Source: a virus
Taxonomy: Duplodnaviria > Caudoviricetes
Reading direction: 5' to 3' (one strand)
Virus record (IMG/VR): IMGVR_UViG_3300037420_001796
Span: 1 to 64,000 of that record
Length of the DNA stretch: 64,000 nt
Below the pieces are notes generated by a model, which ran no database searches, was not told the origin of the DNA, and was given only the letters and a program-made list of their open reading frames with translations. Numbering within the stretch: the stretch's first letter is position 1; every line of letters begins with the position of its first letter. The position numbers and the translations under genes are program-made. Below are positions 54,255-63,590 of the stretch, one piece after another.

Positions 54255-57152
54255 CTACTGCCAGGCTTCGTCCTTGTTTCGGAACGGCTCCACTCCTTCG
54301 GTCGTCATCTTTTGAATGGCGAACCGAAAGACCCTTGACTGCCCGCTTTTCTTCAGCGGGCTTTGCATGCCGAGCTTGTCCACGATCGGGGGAAACTTTC
54401 CCATCGCGCTCATGAACGCATCGGCACTTGAATACAGCGGTGTAAAGCCCTTGGCTTTACACCAGCTCGAATACTTCACGTACGTCTCGCGCATCAACAG
54501 GTGCAGCTCGTTGTTGATGACTGCGTACTCGATGCCCTCTCTCATCGCGTAGGGGCTCTCGGGGTCTTCTGTCCTGGACATCAGCGACAGATCGTTCATC
54601 AGCTTGGCCGCCTCGCTCATAGCCGCCACGTTCACTTCAAGCCGTGCGCCGTAGAGCTCTCCCTTCAGTCGATCGAGGTCCGCTTTGAACTCCGAGTCGA
54701 ATACCGATGTGAGGGCCATGTCGAGGAAGTTCAAGCCTTCCAAAATCACCGCGAGGTTATAGACCTGACGGTCGTGTACGTGCACGTCGACGTACTCGGC
54801 TCGCAGCGTATCCACTAGCGGGCGAATCGATGCGGCACGCGACTCCACTGTCTCCATCATGGAAAAGCGTAGAAGCAGGGAGCCAAGTTGCGGCATGAAG
54901 TCCGACCCAGCTTTAGCGAGGTTGAAACTATCGGTGTGCTGCCGTGCGAAGTCAGGATTGAACGACACCGGGATCGAGCGCTGCACGATCGCGGTCTGCA
55001 TCTCCTGCGACTCGGCGAGGAACGCCGTCGGCGCGGAGAAGGTGTAGTCGGTCACGTCTCGGAACGAGCTCTCCGCGGCGCCCTTGCTCATGCCGCCGGA
55101 AGCGCCAGCGCCCTGGTTGTAGAGCATGCGGAAGTGCTGCAGCAAGAACTCGGTGCGCATCGGCCCCATTTCCGCTGGCTTGTACTCGTCCAGCAGCAAC
55201 GGAACCGAGGCCGAGCCCGCCCACGCAGCCTTCAACGAGAAGTTGGTGGACGAGCCCGGGGAGCACCCTCGGATGATCGGTTGCGTCGTGTTGTGGAACA
55301 TACGACCGAGCAGCGTTGTCGTCAGCGTCTTGCCGCAGCCGGCAGGCCCGTTCGGGTGCAGCAGCGGGAACTGGTCGAACGACGCGTGATAGAACTGCCG
55401 GTGAAAGCAGGACACGAACCAGCCGAGCATCTGCGCGACGGTTACTGGATGGTTGATGTCAAGCAGTGCATGCAGCCAGCGCCTCGTGTCCTCTGTGTTT
55501 TCGATCGGTTGGCAGTTGTGGATGTCGGTGTTGAACACCGGCTGCGTGGACACGATCGGCTGGAACTTGTACTTGCCAGCCATCGCCTCGTTGTGCGTGA
55601 GCACTGAGTCCGGCGCGGACCAGATCACGTCCTTGCTCACACGATCCCTGATCTCCGGGTTCTGGATAACGTCCAGCCCCTCCTTGCGCACGATGTACAG
55701 CACCCTTCCGCCTTTCTTTGCGCTGCGCGAGAGCATCACCTGGATGACCCCGGCCTGCGTATCGCTTCCAGAAAACACAGCGCCGAAGCCCGCGCAATAG
55801 TTGCTCAGGGCGCTGCGTGATGTGAAGTTCTTCAGGGCGACCATGTGTCTGCCCTTGGCCTCGTTGTCGGCGCGAATGTCGCACTCGAACCCGACGACGA
55901 GGCCCTCATCAGCCTCGATCAGGACGCTCGGCTTGCGAAACGCCATGTTCGAAAGCGACTTTGCGCCATCGGCTGTTCGTTTGTAAATCCCCGAGTTCGT
56001 GATCATCATCCCCTCGAGCAGTGAGTTCTGCGCCGCGGAGACTTCAGCCTCTACCTCCGAGGGGAGGTTGTCGTTTTCATCGTCGCTGTCGGGGACGTGC
56101 CCGATGCCGACGGATTCCGACACGCCGTCAAGGTCGCTCGTGGGAACGTCGACGTCGCACAGCGAACGGATCGCGCCTCGCGAGTACACGTAGCACGGGT
56201 TGTCGTGCGTGTAGTCCCACATGCGGCGCAGCTCCTCCTTGCGCTTGCGCGGGGAGTTGTAGCGGCTGCCGTCGCTCTGGTGGTTCTTGACCAGACCTTC
56301 GCTGGCTTCGACGAGCTCGTCGGCTGTTTTGCCGAGCGCGTTCGCCGCGATCGCCAGCTGCATCGAGATCTTCTGGAATCCAACGCCTGGCGCAAGGCCT
56401 TCGCCGGCCATGATGCGTTTGATGGTCGGCGGGAACTCGCCTTTGTAGCGAGCGAGCAGCTCTTCGTCCTTGCCCGCCTTGGCGCGGCGCTTGACCGCCT
56501 CCTCAAGCCTGCCTTGCGCCTTGATGAACGTGGCGGCAAGTTGAGGGCACAGCTCCGGAAGCTCGCGCTGGATCTCTGCGCGCGGCTCGGAGCAGATGCG
56601 GTTGTACTCCTCGGGCGTCATCGTGAACGCTTCGTCCACGGTGATCGGCACCTTGTACTTGCCGTTGCTGCGCTGCACGTTCGGCACGCGCCACATGCGC
56701 CCGCGTCGTCCCGTGTACACGCGCATGTCCATCGTGTCGACCACGAGGTCCATCGCCATTTCACGATAGATGTACGGCAGCTGCGCCACGCCGCCCTTCA
56801 TTGCCTTGGGCATGAAGATCGGCTCGGGCACCTCGCAGTGGAAGCCGCGGCCGCCCGTTGCATACAGGCGCACGCTATTAAGGTTGACTCCGAGGTCCTG
56901 CAGCTTCGTCAGAAACTGCTGGAACTTCGGAATGGTCTCGCTGACGTCTTCCGCGTCCCAATCGAAATACAGCGGGCCGCTGTATTTCATCTTCGCGTAG
57001 TCGTCGCGAGTCCAGCTGTCGTCGGGGGAGGAGTAAGCGTCAAGGACGGTAACGAAGGCCGGCTTGACTTCCTCAATGATTCGCGCTCGGTGCGAGGCAA
57101 TGGCTTCAACCCATTGGTCCTCACCTCCGGTACGCTGGTACCAGAAAAACAC
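54255..57152 (-). CDS. AEP primase fused to P-loop helicase
   Basis: YFDWDAED, TGGRGFH, RMWRVPN (AEP); GPAGCGKT and LLLDEY (ATPase). Confidence 0.88.
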   Translation of the reverse strand: MFFWYQRTGGEDQWVEAIASHRARIIEEVKPAFVTVLDAYSSPDDSWTRDDYAKMKYSGPLYFDWDAEDVSETIPKFQQFLTKLQDLGVNLNSVRLYATGGRGFHCEVPEPIFMPKAMKGGVAQLPYIYREMAMDLVVDTMDMRVYTGRRGRMWRVPNVQRSNGKYKVPITVDEAFTMTPEEYNRICSEPRAEIQRELPELCPQLAATFIKAQGRLEEAVKRRAKAGKDEELLARYKGEFPPTIKRIMAGEGLAPGVGFQKISMQLAIAANALGKTADELVEASEGLVKNHQSDGSRYNSPRKRKEELRRMWDYTHDNPCYVYSRGAIRSLCDVDVPTSDLDGVSESVGIGHVPDSDDENDNLPSEVEAEVSAAQNSLLEGMMITNSGIYKRTADGAKSLSNMAFRKPSVLIEADEGLVVGFECDIRADNEAKGRHMVALKNFTSRSALSNYCAGFGAVFSGSDTQAGVIQVMLSRSAKKGGRVLYIVRKEGLDVIQNPEIRDRVSKDVIWSAPDSVLTHNEAMAGKYKFQPIVSTQPVFNTDIHNCQPIENTEDTRRWLHALLDINHPVTVAQMLGWFVSCFHRQFYHASFDQFPLLHPNGPAGCGKTLTTTLLGRMFHNTTQPIIRGCSPGSSTNFSLKAAWAGSASVPLLLDEYKPAEMGPMRTEFLLQHFRMLYNQGAGASGGMSKGAAESSFRDVTDYTFSAPTAFLAESQEMQTAIVQRSIPVSFNPDFARQHTDSFNLAKAGSDFMPQLGSLLLRFSMMETVESRAASIRPLVDTLRAEYVDVHVHDRQVYNLAVILEGLNFLDMALTSVFDSEFKADLDRLKGELYGARLEVNVAAMSEAAKLMNDLSLMSRTEDPESPYAMREGIEYAVINNELHLLMRETYVKYSSWCKAKGFTPLYSSADAFMSAMGKFPPIVDKLGMQSPLKKSGQSRVFRFAIQKMTTEGVEPFRNKDEAWQ

Positions 57153-57197
57153 TAAGCCCTCTTTTTTGTTTTTGTTTTCGGGGCCCAGTTACGGGAC

Positions 57198-57674
57198 TCA
57201 GTATCTCAATTTGAGATCTGGGAACCGCTCCTGGAATTTATTGAAGGTCACGCAATACGTGTGTCCTTCAACCTGGTGGATCTCTTTGCTGCGAGTCTTC
57301 ACCAGTACTGCATAGTGGGGTACGAATTGTACCTTGCCATCGGGAGTTTGTTTACCCTTCCAGTGAAATGCAAAATTCTGCGGGACATGCAAAAACAAGT
57401 CCCGACCCCGATAGCGTGTCGGAGTCATTCCAATGGAAAATTCCCCGTGCTGGTCGCTCACCAGCACCGCGGGCCCTCCGATTCGCTCCATCACGAGATC
57501 CCCGAAGTTGAGAATCTCAATGTTCTCCGGTCGGCCCCCGCGCAGCGTGTAGACCACCATCTTTCGATTCGGAAAAGCAGCCTCCACGTTCAAGGCGCCG
57601 TACGACTTGTACGCTTCCTTTTCCACCCTCGGCATTTGCTCCACCAGAGCCATTAAGCTCTCGCGGTCGTCCAT
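57198..57674 (-). CDS. hypothetical protein
   Basis: 158 aa, lower GC than neighbours. Confidence 0.65.
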   Translation of the reverse strand: MDDRESLMALVEQMPRVEKEAYKSYGALNVEAAFPNRKMVVYTLRGGRPENIEILNFGDLVMERIGGPAVLVSDQHGEFSIGMTPTRYRGRDLFLHVPQNFAFHWKGKQTPDGKVQFVPHYAVLVKTRSKEIHQVEGHTYCVTFNKFQERFPDLKLRY

Positions 57675-57723
57675 GAACTGACCGCCCCTCCGTGAGCCTT
57701 CAGAGGTGCCGGAACCTCTCATT

Positions 57724-59142
57724 TCAGCGGCCATAGATTGCATCTCTTAGATCCTCGAACCCGCCTTGAATTGAATTGACCATCGCGTCGTTGTTAAGCA
57801 GATCTCGGAATAGCCGGACCTGAATAGTTTGCTGAGCGATCGCAATACGACACACCACCGGGTTCTCCTGTCCATCCCGGTCGAGTCGCGCAATCGTCTG
57901 GTGAAAGTGCAACGCTAGGGGAGGGGCCTCCACAACTAGCGCGTCGGAGCAGACATGTTGCAAGCCGTCCACTCCCATCCCCGCTGCCTGTGGCTGTACT
58001 AGGATACACTGACAACGGTCGTCTTCGACGAACTTTGCAATGGCTTCCTGCTTGTCCTTGGGGGACACTTCGCCGTAGATGGCCACAGCGCCATAAGGCT
58101 TCAACCTCTCCAAGAGGTAGCGGTTGGTCATCTGGAAGTTGGCGACGATCATCAGCTTCTTACCCGGCCCGATTTCCTCAAAGGTGTTCTCCACTACCTT
58201 GAGGACGGCCGGGCGCCGGTCTGGGTTCTGTTCAAAGTGGGCCCAGTTGCAGACGATCTGCTGCAGCATCGCACGAAGGCGCTGCTCGCTCAGGGCGTTG
58301 ATTTCCCCGCCGTGCTCAAGCTCCACCAACTTCTCTTCGGCTAGCCTCTTATAGAGCTTTAGGTGAGCGGGCTCGAGCTCGTACGGAATAGGTACGTACG
58401 TCAGCGCCGGCAGCTCACTGCGGACTTGGCGGCGAATGATACGAGAAGTCTGGACCTTCATGTTCTGCGCAAGCAGGTCCAGGTTCGCCCACTTCTTCAC
58501 GTTGCCGTAGTCGTCCACATCGAGTACGTGCAGCTGATCGAAGTGCCGCTGATTGCGGTATATCTTGTTACCGGTCAGAAGGCGTATGTATGCATATCCA
58601 TCCCCCGGCTTCGCGAGCGGCGAGCCGGTGAGTAGCAGCAGAGGGCGGTTCTCGAAGAAGAGCTTGATCGCCTTGTGGTTGTCCGACTTCGTGTTCTTCA
58701 CCGAAGTGGCTTCGTCCACCGCGCCGCCGACCTTGCGGTCTTTGAACGTCTCGTACAGCGAGTCGAAGTCGTTCTTGAATACCCCCATCGTCGTGAGGAT
58801 GAATTCGCTGTCGAGACTGACTTCCTTGCGCTGCTTGGGCGTGCCGTAGTAGACAGAAACGCTCACCGGTTGATCATCGGATGTGCGTTTGACTTTCTCA
58901 AGCCAGCGCTTCCATTGCAGAAGCAGGATCTCGTTGGGAAGAACGAACACCCACTGCTCGATGCCCGCAGTGAGCTTCCAGTACAGCGCGTGGTGCGTCG
59001 AGCCCGCTGTCTTGCCGGTGCCCGGGTCCCAGTAGTACCCGGCCCTGTCGTACTGAGCGAGGAAGTTGAACTCCTCGATCTGGTAATGCCGAAATTCGAA
59101 CGGGAAAGCGTACTGCTCCCGGACTGTCTCGTAAGGGGTCAT
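57724..59142 (-). CDS. SNF2-like SF2 helicase
   Basis: DPGTGKT, VDEA, LLTGSP, GMGVDG, ARLDRDGQ. Confidence 0.88.
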   Translation of the reverse strand: MTPYETVREQYAFPFEFRHYQIEEFNFLAQYDRAGYYWDPGTGKTAGSTHHALYWKLTAGIEQWVFVLPNEILLLQWKRWLEKVKRTSDDQPVSVSVYYGTPKQRKEVSLDSEFILTTMGVFKNDFDSLYETFKDRKVGGAVDEATSVKNTKSDNHKAIKLFFENRPLLLLTGSPLAKPGDGYAYIRLLTGNKIYRNQRHFDQLHVLDVDDYGNVKKWANLDLLAQNMKVQTSRIIRRQVRSELPALTYVPIPYELEPAHLKLYKRLAEEKLVELEHGGEINALSEQRLRAMLQQIVCNWAHFEQNPDRRPAVLKVVENTFEEIGPGKKLMIVANFQMTNRYLLERLKPYGAVAIYGEVSPKDKQEAIAKFVEDDRCQCILVQPQAAGMGVDGLQHVCSDALVVEAPPLALHFHQTIARLDRDGQENPVVCRIAIAQQTIQVRLFRDLLNNDAMVNSIQGGFEDLRDAIYGR

Positions 59143-59214
59143 TCAAATGGGGGCGGCAAGCCGCAGCCCGCTCAGTGCGAGACCGAGTGGCTAGGGCCTG
59201 CCGCCCAAACTGGT

Positions 59215-59658
59215 TTAGGAAAGCTGCTTGAGCAGCGCCGAATACACCTCTGCCGTGAACGGGCTGTTGCCCACGGCATGCATGGAGCCGCGCCAACGCG
59301 TGCGCAGGATGCGGCCGTGCAGGAGGTCCACCATCTGCTTGATGATGACGTTGTCGTGTGCGTGATCGACGAGCCACTCAGGCACATCGCTCACGCGGAT
59401 GTCTTTGGGAAGCGCCTGCAGTCGCAGCGCTTCGTCGATGCTCAGCATGCGCGGGATCGCGTTCTCCGCGGCCTCGAGGTCGTACTTAACCTCGGAGTTG
59501 AACTTGAGAAGTTCGTTGAGCGACTCGAGCGGATCGTTCACATCGGGCGTGCCTTCGACGCCCTCTTGTTTCAGGATCCAGGACGCGCAGTCGTAAAGGG
59601 TGCCGAATACGCCGTTGTCGAAGTCTCCGCGCTTGGAGACGTAGAAGATATTTTCCAT
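59215..59658 (-). CDS. hypothetical protein
   Basis: 147 aa, GAGG RBS with CAA-rich leader. Confidence 0.7.
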   Translation of the reverse strand: MENIFYVSKRGDFDNGVFGTLYDCASWILKQEGVEGTPDVNDPLESLNELLKFNSEVKYDLEAAENAIPRMLSIDEALRLQALPKDIRVSDVPEWLVDHAHDNVIIKQMVDLLHGRILRTRWRGSMHAVGNSPFTAEVYSALLKQLS

Positions 59659-59700
59659 GTGACCTCTTTGTTGTTTTTGTTTTCGGTCTGGAGCCGCCGG

Positions 59701-59970
59701 CTACTTCCAGCGGTCTCGGTTCGCGCTCTTTTCTCGGAACGCTACACGCCTGCCTCGCGTGACTTCGCCTTTCGGAGGCTTGGTTTTCACTGGCTCGCGA
59801 AGACTCAGATAACCCAGCGAGCCCACCTCTATCTCGTGCCCAGCTTGCAGGCCCATGTCCATGACGAAGTCGAGATCGTCAAGCACCTTGCGCACGTCGG
59901 CCGTCTTCATGGAAAGCCGTCGTGCGACGAGTTCGGCGAGCATCGCCGTGGTCATCTTAGATGTGGGCAT
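59701..59970 (-). CDS. HU/IHF-like DNA-binding protein
   Basis: Helical N-terminus, EIEVGSLGYLSL, shortened arm, RVAFR. Confidence 0.7.
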   Translation of the reverse strand: MPTSKMTTAMLAELVARRLSMKTADVRKVLDDLDFVMDMGLQAGHEIEVGSLGYLSLREPVKTKPPKGEVTRGRRVAFREKSANRDRWK

Positions 59971-60445
59971 CGCTGTATTTTCGCAAGAGCTCTGAGGCCT
60001 GGTCGATGTTCAGACCGCTCTCATGGTAAGCCTGTTGCCACGGAGCCTGCGAGCGCACCATCACCGTGTTCAGCCACTTCTCGCCGTAATAGCGATAAAG
60101 CGGCGTGCGACGCGCGATGTCGCCGTTGATCGCGAACCAGAATTCCTTCGGCGGCAGGCGCAGCAGGCCCCTCACGGTGAGCCCGGGCAGCCGCTTTTCC
60201 TGCACGTCGATCTCTCCGCTGTTTCGGATCATGTTGACCGTGTGGCCCACCAGGACGGTGAACTTCTCGTCGTCATGCTCGGGATGTCTCTCGTAAGGGT
60301 GCGACACCCATGCGAGATTCCACGCCTCTGCATCCGATCGAAGGATTCTCGAGTACGCGGGGCCGACCCAGCTGTGGCCGGCCTTGACGCTGTAGTCCTC
60401 GATGGGCTTCGGTGAATAACGCGGAATGAAAAGTTGATCGCTCAT
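59957..60445 (-). CDS. hypothetical protein
   Basis: 162 aa in operon. Confidence 0.7.
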   Translation of the reverse strand: MSDQLFIPRYSPKPIEDYSVKAGHSWVGPAYSRILRSDAEAWNLAWVSHPYERHPEHDDEKFTVLVGHTVNMIRNSGEIDVQEKRLPGLTVRGLLRLPPKEFWFAINGDIARRTPLYRYYGEKWLNTVMVRSQAPWQQAYHESGLNIDQASELLRKYSDAHI

Positions 60446-60464
60446 CTGAAAGTGCTTTGGTTGA

Positions 60465-61085
60465 TCAAGGGACAGAAACTGCTTTCCTCACCTCCTCGCG
60501 AATGACGTCATTGCCCTTCGCTGTGAAGTGCAAGCCGTCCGTGAGGTCGCTGTTGTCGGGGACTGCCTTTTCGACGTCGATGAGTTCGTCGTACAAGGCG
60601 GGCGAGGACCTGATGAATGCGTTGAGCTGCTCACGCCGGTCCCTGACCGGCTCCTGAACGGGGCCAACGGTCGTTGCCACCACGCGAAAGCCGTCGGCGC
60701 GGGCCTTGGCCCACAGCGCAGACAGCGCCGCTTCCGCATCGAGCAGTGGGACGCCTCGCACGACGTCGTTCGTGCCGGCGAACAGCACATACGAGCCGCG
60801 CCGTCCGGCAAGCGGGTGCACGTCTGCCGGATAGCGCTGGATCACTTCGACGGCAGCGCGGGAGGACGCCACAGCGACGAGGGCGAAGTCGTCGGTGGGC
60901 ATCTCCTGCTCGAGACTTGTGGGCCAAGTCGTCGCGGGGAAGGCCGGGTCGGCTAGCGAGTCGCCATCGACGACCACCACCGGACGCGTATCCAGAGTTG
61001 CTTGTTGGGCGGGAGCGCTTGCGCCTCCACCGCCGCCGCAACCGACAAGAACCGTTGCAGCCAGGATCGTGAGCAGCTTGTTCAT
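60465..61085 (-). CDS. SGNH/GDSL hydrolase lipoprotein
   Basis: Lipobox LVG-C plus Gly linker; DGDS, GTND, DGLH catalytic blocks. Confidence 0.85.
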   Translation of the reverse strand: MNKLLTILAATVLVGCGGGGGASAPAQQATLDTRPVVVVDGDSLADPAFPATTWPTSLEQEMPTDDFALVAVASSRAAVEVIQRYPADVHPLAGRRGSYVLFAGTNDVVRGVPLLDAEAALSALWAKARADGFRVVATTVGPVQEPVRDRREQLNAFIRSSPALYDELIDVEKAVPDNSDLTDGLHFTAKGNDVIREEVRKAVSVP

Positions 61086-62440
61086 GCTGACACCGCCTGT
61101 TCGAACTGCGCCTGCACCTCCTCGAGCGTGTCGGCCTTGATCTTGTCTCGTCGCAGCTCCGCGAAGCGTGGCGAGAAGAGCGAGAAGATCTTGTCTTCGC
61201 CGGTGGGCTCCATCACGCCGTTCGCCTTCACGGCAATGACGGTGTCCAGCAGCTCGTCGCGATGCTCGTGGATGTATTGCTCGATGTCACGCTTGAAGCC
61301 GGACACTCCGACCTCGAGCCTGTCGTCCAGCGTGCGCGCAACCACCGCGCCGAACGTCTTCTCGGTACGCTTGCCCGGCGTGCCGGGTCGGTAGCCGACG
61401 ATCTTCAAGTCGACCGTCACCTCCAGCTTGAACTTGACCTGGTCTCGGCTGTCGCCGTCGCGCCAGATGGTCGACGGGTGCTTGCAGATGACGCCCTCGA
61501 GCCCGCGAGCGAGGTAGGACTTGTAGATCGCAAGAGCCTCGGCGCGCGAGTGGACGACCTTGGTGTCTATCACGCGCACGGCTGCCTGCTGGCCGGCGCG
61601 CGTGATCTGGTCTTGGAGCTGCTCGAATCGCTCGTCATAGCGCGCTGCGTAGGTGCCCTTGGCGACCCACGCGTGAATCGGAATCTGATCCCACGCGTCG
61701 AAGTGCACCCAGTGCCCTTCAGGAAGGGCGCCGCCTTGCGCGAGGCTGTTGAGGATGCCGTTGCCGATCTGTCTCTCGCACAACTCGCCGCGGTTGTAGA
61801 CGGTGAGTTCGCCCATCGTGACGGTGCCGGGCTTGAGGATCGATGCCAGCTGCTGCTCGAGATGATCGAGCGCGCCATGCGGGAAGGGCGAGCCTTGCCT
61901 GCTCGTGATCAGCACCTCACGCGCGTCGTTGACCTGCACGTTGGCGAACATGCCGTCGGCCTTGAGCTGCACGAAGATGCCGTCGCTCCACGCCCACTTG
62001 TCCATGTGGCTGTCCTTCGGAAGCGAGCAGCGCATGTAGGGCGGATCGAACACGAGGTCGGGGAACGCCGTGTTCACGATCGTCACGCCCACGCCGCAGC
62101 GCAGGTCCTTGAGCAGGATGCGCCGCAGCACTTCCTGCGACTTGGGTGTGAGGACTTTCAGGCGCTGCAGCACGGCGTCGATAGCCAGGTCTCCGGTGAC
62201 GTGCCGATCGGACAGCGCGTGAATCAGATCCCGATCGGCATCGCCGAGTACCTCGATGCCGCTGTAGCCGGCGTTGTCGGGGAACGTGTCTTCGCTCAAG
62301 AAGTAGACGAAGCTTGCGTCGAGAGCGAATCGCAACCACTCGCGCACGTCGCCTAACGTCTGCACGATGGCAAGCTTGTCCTTCTTGCTGTTGGTTGCAG
62401 CTGCGCGCTGCAGGGCGTCGAAGAGATCGTCAGATGTCAT
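61082..62440 (-). CDS. ATP-dependent DNA ligase
   Basis: QLKADG (KxDG), GEL, FDAW, EGVICK, KFK, OB-fold VGVSG; ATG 62440 with GGAGTCC RBS. Confidence 0.92.
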   Translation of the reverse strand: MTSDDLFDALQRAAATNSKKDKLAIVQTLGDVREWLRFALDASFVYFLSEDTFPDNAGYSGIEVLGDADRDLIHALSDRHVTGDLAIDAVLQRLKVLTPKSQEVLRRILLKDLRCGVGVTIVNTAFPDLVFDPPYMRCSLPKDSHMDKWAWSDGIFVQLKADGMFANVQVNDAREVLITSRQGSPFPHGALDHLEQQLASILKPGTVTMGELTVYNRGELCERQIGNGILNSLAQGGALPEGHWVHFDAWDQIPIHAWVAKGTYAARYDERFEQLQDQITRAGQQAAVRVIDTKVVHSRAEALAIYKSYLARGLEGVICKHPSTIWRDGDSRDQVKFKLEVTVDLKIVGYRPGTPGKRTEKTFGAVVARTLDDRLEVGVSGFKRDIEQYIHEHRDELLDTVIAVKANGVMEPTGEDKIFSLFSPRFAELRRDKIKADTLEEVQAQFEQAVSA

Positions 62441-62463
62441 GTGGACTCCAAAGTTTTCGTTGG

Positions 62464-62829
62464 TCAATGAAGCTCGTTGTTCAAGCGAGCGGAAAGGTGT
62501 TCGAGGAAATCCTCGAAGTCGAGGTCTTCCACTTCTCGACGTGGCCAGTTGAAGCGACTCAGGTACTCATCGCTTTCTGCGCACAGGCTCTCAGCCATGC
62601 GAAGGGCCTCCTCTTTCGAGGTCCAGTGGTATCGCCAAAGCTGCGGAGGTGATGGCGGCGTGGTCAGGTGCGAATACAACAGCACCGCACCCGGATACAT
62701 CGCATAGCCGAGCGACACCGTAATCGGACCCACCGCGGACTTGAACCCGAACACGTTCGCGATGGGAGGTTCTGACTCCCACGGCAATTCGTTGGGCGCC
62801 TTCACGGCCACGTTCGATGCGTGACTCAA
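62464..62829 (-). CDS. hypothetical protein
   Basis: TTG start with AAGGA RBS and CAA leader. Confidence 0.6.
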   Translation of the reverse strand: MSHASNVAVKAPNELPWESEPPIANVFGFKSAVGPITVSLGYAMYPGAVLLYSHLTTPPSPPQLWRYHWTSKEEALRMAESLCAESDEYLSRFNWPRREVEDLDFEDFLEHLSARLNNELH

Positions 62830-62855
62830 TTGAGTTCCTTTCTGTTTGTTGTTAT

Positions 62856-63179
62856 TCACGTCGCAGAGACGCGTCCACCTTCGACAAGGCGAACGCGACT
62901 CAGGCCGGAGCTGCGGCGTGGCGGGGGCGGCAGCGAACGAAGATTCGCCGCGACACCCAGTTGGTTGAGGACCGTACGATCGAGCAACTGCGCGACCTCG
63001 AAATCAAGGCCGTGCACAGCGAGGATGTAGCCCTCGACGGTTTTCTTATCCCTCGACACGTGCGTCGCATCGACCACTGCTTGATCGATTGACACGCGAA
63101 CGCTCGCATCTTTCGGATCCACGATGAACCATCGTTGATCCACTGTCTCCATCCGGAACTTCATTGAGTTCTTACTCAC
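62856..63179 (-). CDS. hypothetical protein
   Basis: 107 aa, GGAGTCC RBS. Confidence 0.65.
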   Translation of the reverse strand: MSKNSMKFRMETVDQRWFIVDPKDASVRVSIDQAVVDATHVSRDKKTVEGYILAVHGLDFEVAQLLDRTVLNQLGVAANLRSLPPPPRRSSGLSRVRLVEGGRVSAT

Positions 63180-63261
63180 AATAGGACTCCAAAATTTGTT
63201 TCACAAAGAGTCCTCCCTAATGCCTGTTGATTCCGGCGTTTCGCCGGTTGCGCGAATCGCG

Positions 63262-63519
63262 TTATGCGGTCGCTAGTTGTTCTGCGCGCGCGAGCAAGTC
63301 GGCCTGGCGCCACGCGCGCATTTCATCTGGGTCGTACCAGTCGCCACTCGAGTTCGCATGAAGCCGCGGCTTGGGCGGAGGCACGGGGCTGCGCAGCATG
63401 TACTGCGCCAGAGACTGTGCGTTCTTGAAGCCGAACTCCTCGGCGAGCTCGCGCTTGTTGCGCAGTGGCTTGCGTGGCTTATGCGGCTTGAAAGGCCTCG
63501 GCAATGCGTAGTGGTTCAT
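63262..63519 (-). CDS. AlpA/Xis-like winged-HTH protein
   Basis: NKRELAEEFG...PPPKP...WYDPDEMRAW. Confidence 0.65.
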   Translation of the reverse strand: MNHYALPRPFKPHKPRKPLRNKRELAEEFGFKNAQSLAQYMLRSPVPPPKPRLHANSSGDWYDPDEMRAWRQADLLARAEQLATA

Positions 63520-63590
63520 GGTTGGACTCCAAAGTTGTGAACGCAGTCCTAGATGGACGAGCGCTCGACGTCAAAGGTCGAGGGGTTTTG

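Noticed and set aside
45568-57152. Inteins or introns in PolA, primase-helicase or terminase
   Set aside because: No C...HN-C/S/T splice motifs, LAGLIDADG blocks or frame interruptions seen.
916-62282. CCCCGACAAC copies inside CDSs (916, 1717, 52810, 60552, 62273)
   Set aside because: Explained by preferred codons for Pro-Asp-Asn.
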